A stretch of DNA of 64,000 nucleotides from Lepidodermella squamata (lineage: Eukaryota; Animalia; Gastrotricha). The translations under genes were made by a program, and so were the position numbers. The notes under the pieces are model-generated. The model ran no database searches. It was given only the letters and a program-made list of their open reading frames with translations, and was not told the DNA's origin. Shown piece after piece: positions 60,022 through 64,000 of the stretch. The stretch lies in assembly GCA_047495785.1 (NCBI GenBank), contig JBLDXI010000013.1, positions 310,001 to 374,000 on the forward strand, written 5' to 3'. Numbering within the stretch: the stretch's first letter is position 1; every line of letters begins with the position of its first letter.

Positions 60022-60641
60022 TGCGCGGGATAAATTTAGGATATAAAATTTTGAAGCAACGCTGAATTTTGATCTGGCTCTGGATAAAATATTTGCCGCC
60101 AACAGCGGATTGCAGCCGCTCCCTGATGCGCTTTCATCTCTTTGTGCTGCTCAAGCGCATGCGTGAACGATCGCTGGGCGCAAGCATGCGCGTAGAAAAT
60201 ACGCGCGCGCCCGCGATCGCACAAAGGCGGGAGCCGGGCGGTACCGCAAAGGAAATGACGATCCCGATCAGCGGGGTGTCGTAGATTAGCGGGCATTAGG
60301 CAAATAAGTGGCCGGAGAGTTTTCCATAGTCTCAGGCAAGCGCGGGACAAAAGACAGCAGCAGCACGCTAAACTTTACTCAAGCCCACGATTTAGTCTGC
60401 GGCCGCCCGCGCCCAGCCGACGGGGACGATGAAGTGCTACTTCGAAGTTAACACCACGGCACCCGCCACACGAGCGTTGCATAATACGAATTTGCGCGAT
60501 GGTGATAAAGTACTATCCATGGTACAGTGTATAATTGGCGCACAGGGAAGCCGGCAGACCACGGCTACGCAACGGATTGCGCAATTGCAGCCAAACAAGG
60601 TCATTGAGAATTTGGCGCCAAAATTGGCGAGGCGCGGGAAA
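60022..60641. promoter_or_regulatory. E2F-like and CHR-like motifs upstream of CDC25
   Basis: TTTGGCGCCAAA at 60611-22, GCGCGGGAAA at 60632-41, further GCGGGA motifs at ~60024, ~60227 and ~60342, and TTTGAA at 60050. Confidence 0.5.
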
Positions 60642-60678
60642 GCAATAAAAATGAATTAAAGCAATGAAATAAACTTAC

Positions 60679-60912
60679 GACGTATGAGATAATTTGTTGG
60701 CGAGATCGGTTCGCGGAGAAAAAGCAGCGTTGCAGTCGTCGGCTAATAATACCGGCTTTTCGAATTCGATGATGCTGCTGACTTTGGAGACGCCAGGTTT
60801 CATTACTGAATAATCGCTTTCGCTGTTGCTAACGTCGGCAAGCAACCCACTTCGTATAGGCACTTTGGCCATCGACACAACTACGTTTAACAACAACGAG
60901 GGAGCTTCTACG
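60679..60912 (-). CDS. CDC25: Probable alternative upstream coding exon of CDC25
   Basis: Bounded by CTCAG and GTAAGT. Open frame MAKVPIRSG...FSPRTDLANKLSHT; the phase-2 donor is compatible with the CDC25 exon whose acceptor is at ~59891. Confidence 0.6.
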
Positions 60913-63900
60913 CTGAGATAGAAAACAATTTTAAAATTTAAAATTTAAAACAAGTAGTGGCATTTGTTAAAATTATGAACACGACAGTTGTTGCTGTGCC
61001 AGGCGTAACGTCGATGTAACTATTTCTGCGAATGAAATTTATCATTGAAATACATTTGAATTTACTAGAAAATATAAAGATAATGGCTCAGGAAACATCA
61101 GTGTTTATCAATGAGACTGATAGCGTTAGGATAAAATTAAACTCAATTTAGGCCTGAACTAGCTAATTTTGGGAACGCGCGCGCGCCATATGCGGGCTAA
61201 TAAAGAGTACATAAAATCGTCAGGTCGCCCTCAATTTTGTGTGTGGCACACCGTAGAACGACTTTAAGGACCACAAGAGGAACCGCGAGCGCCGTTGTGA
61301 TGACCCTGTACCGGTTGAAACCGTTAGGCCACTGAGCATCGATTGCCTTAGCTTGCAGTACAGATTATTGCAGGCCGTTGCAATCTGTACTTGTTCATGT
61401 ATTTTGGGTCCCGCGCGCGCTGCTAGCCTGTGGCCCCAATGGGCACGCATATGTTGTTTAATTGCGCAACAGTAACGATAGTACCGCGCTAGTAACGCTC
61501 GCGTATTGGCCAGCACTAAATTGAATAACAGAATACTAAAGCATCATTTGACTACGGCTGTGAGATAGCACAATATTGCAGCCTAGGCATCACGTCGGCT
61601 TCGGTGTGATGGAACCGGATGGTCGTTATGCCTAACAATTCAGTGATGACACACAATCCTGAATGAATAACAAGAAAATACCTACATTCGAGGAATTCAA
61701 AACGACATCTGCTAATATTATTCATTATGCATTCGCACGTACTAGTTGCAGTGGTGTCATGAAATTGCACAAAAATTGAACACTCTACAGAAACCGTTAT
61801 AGCTTTAAACAGAGGTGTAAGCTCCTAATTCAAAAAAGCCCGAATAATTTTCAGAAACGCTGTTTACCCGCGGACAAAGTGGCACGCGCCGCAGAATTAG
61901 ACTCGCTTGGCAAGTTAACAGAAATTTGCTCTACCTGAAATAAAGAGCGCCAAAGGGCTATAGCCACGCCGCAAAACAAAATCATTAGGGCTTGACAAAG
62001 TAGCGATTTGCCGAGGATTACAAATCATAGTGGCTGCCCTTATTAACAAGCCATGAAAATTTGCCATAGATCAGCGGGTAGTTAGGTTGAGAAATGTAGG
62101 TGACAATTAGTCACAACGATAACAGTACATTACTGACATAACAACAAGGTGACCTCAAATTTAGCAAGTAACAACAAGGTAACACGGTGTTACATGTCTT
62201 GACTCGGTATGGCAAATAATCACAGCTGTTTTTGGAACCCGCGGAGCAAATAATTTTGGCGCCAAATCTCGGCTGCGTTAAATTTAGCACGCTCTCTGCG
62301 CACATGGCGACTAGCGGCGAGGCGAGGCGGTCGTTGCTGCTGCTTGCTAGCCACTCAAAACAATGACAAGCACGCAATCGCGATTTCAACTACTACTATA
62401 CACACGAGCCATCACCATCTGGTGTCGCGTGGAGCAATAACTATGTATTAGCCACGGCTCGTTGACCAATTCACGGAAAATCACCTGCGATCATCTTAAT
62501 TAAGGTATGTATGAATGTAACCGGGTATTCATGACAAATAGACAAGTGAAAATTCCGTACGTCATGCCGCATGGGACATGGTAAAACCTAAAATCACGTC
62601 AGGGAAAGACAATATATTTGTAACCTGGCGGCGGCGTGTTCAACGAATACTGCGCCAATTTAGCAACAATTTTCGCCTTGCTGTCCTCAAACCGAGCGCA
62701 GTCAAAGCTGTACGGAAAGACTATAAACAATGAAAGATAACAAATTCGCTATATTAAAAGCGTGATGTTTATGATGTTACGTACGATTGTCTGGCACATT
62801 ACCTGGCGCGAATGACGAGACACACCACGTATCTCATCGAGCACAGCAAGCGCTCAGACACATATAAAAACGAGCCCCGCGTGGGCTATTCGGCCTGGGC
62901 TCGCGCGCCTGTCAAGTACACGGCGTCGCCTCTTTCGGCAAATCTATTTTCGTCTACGCGCTAACTAAACTATGTCGCGCTCTTGTGTTTTCGACGGTTA
63001 CGACGCTATGTGTTTAGAAAACGGCAACTGCTCTTGCCAGTTTATTTAGAGATCGGTGGGCATTTGATGCCGTTCGAGCCAGCTGTAGTAGTGGGCTTGA
63101 ATTCAAGAGATGATTAAACATGAAATGAGCACACACATCTGGGATCATTCTCAAATAAAGCATCGTGATACAGCTCCAGTCTTTACAGCTAAAAGATTTG
63201 GGACAAAAAGTAAACAAGCCGAATCGAAACGGGTGCAGGGGCCATTACCCGTATCGCCCACGTGTGTTCGGCGATAGGATTAGGCACTTGAAACAGTCTG
63301 ATGCGCATGGGTTCTGCGGGCAGCAAGTGCAATAAAACTCAAACAGGCGTGCACCACATGAGCAAACGGCGACTTTGCGCTCGTTAGGGTAATATAATAA
63401 TGCGAGGGGCGGTTTGCTACGCTTTTTATCCGAATAACGTCCAATTAGACGGGTGGTGTGTAATACAAGCCGGGCAACGCATAAGTTGTTGCAATAAAAC
63501 GGCCGAGACCGGGTAATTTATCATTATGCAAACCGTAACTGTTTTCTGTGAGAGGAAAAAACGAACATATTGTCAGTTTAAGCTTCTACTGCTGATGAGC
63601 CTAAATCGTAAAGCTTTTCCATTTCAACGTGAAAATTTTACAGTATAATGACTGCTTATGGGAGGTCGACCTTTGGATTGAAGAAATTTATTGCGCAACG
63701 CCGAACGGTCAAGCGAGGACACCTATCGAAGGCGTTCACCTACTGGAAGCGCACTATGTTTTCAGCTTGAGGTCACTTGTTGGCGCGCTTCTGCGGCCCG
63801 TAATGCTTTTCAGGACGTGACCGCGTGCCGCGTGCTTTCAAATTTTACTTTAAAGCTCTAAATGAGCTGTTATTCTCAGGGCGGAGCAAGGTCCCGATGC

Positions 63901-64000
63901 TGTAACAGCGTCGTAATAGGGCCGTAATAAGCCGTTCATCGCGATTTATCAGCATTCAAATACTGTAAATTAGGGCTGTCCACCAAGCAACGCGCATCGC

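Overview
This is eukaryotic (invertebrate animal-like) genomic DNA with compact genes and mostly ~50-60 nt GT-AG introns. Recognisable genes are a C-type-lectin-like membrane protein, SF3B3 and UAP56/DDX39B head-to-head, an ERG/FLI1/FEV-class ETS factor, PDCD5, two tandem VPS4 paralogues, PDCD6/ALG-2, MAF1, PIGZ, WDR74 and CDC25, plus one or two orphan genes. One VPS4 paralogue has two N-terminal MIT domains. The main feature the ORF track misses is a non-coding, multi-exon snoRNA host gene (~49.9-51.9 kb). It has a TOP-like start and one box C/D snoRNA in each of 8 introns, each ending 67-76 nt before the 3' splice site. Five guides target one 28S helix and two target 18S G1271 (yeast)/G1328 (human); one snoRNA appears to carry both kinds. 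The host gene is packed directly ahead of PIGZ and WDR74 in an operon-like layout. Mobile elements are two TA-flanked MITEs that each carry a tRNA-like B-box hairpin, two copies of a hAT-like MITE, a fold-back element with an 8-bp target-site duplication, and three decayed non-LTR retrotransposons. All gene models and rRNA targets were inferred by eye, without database searches.
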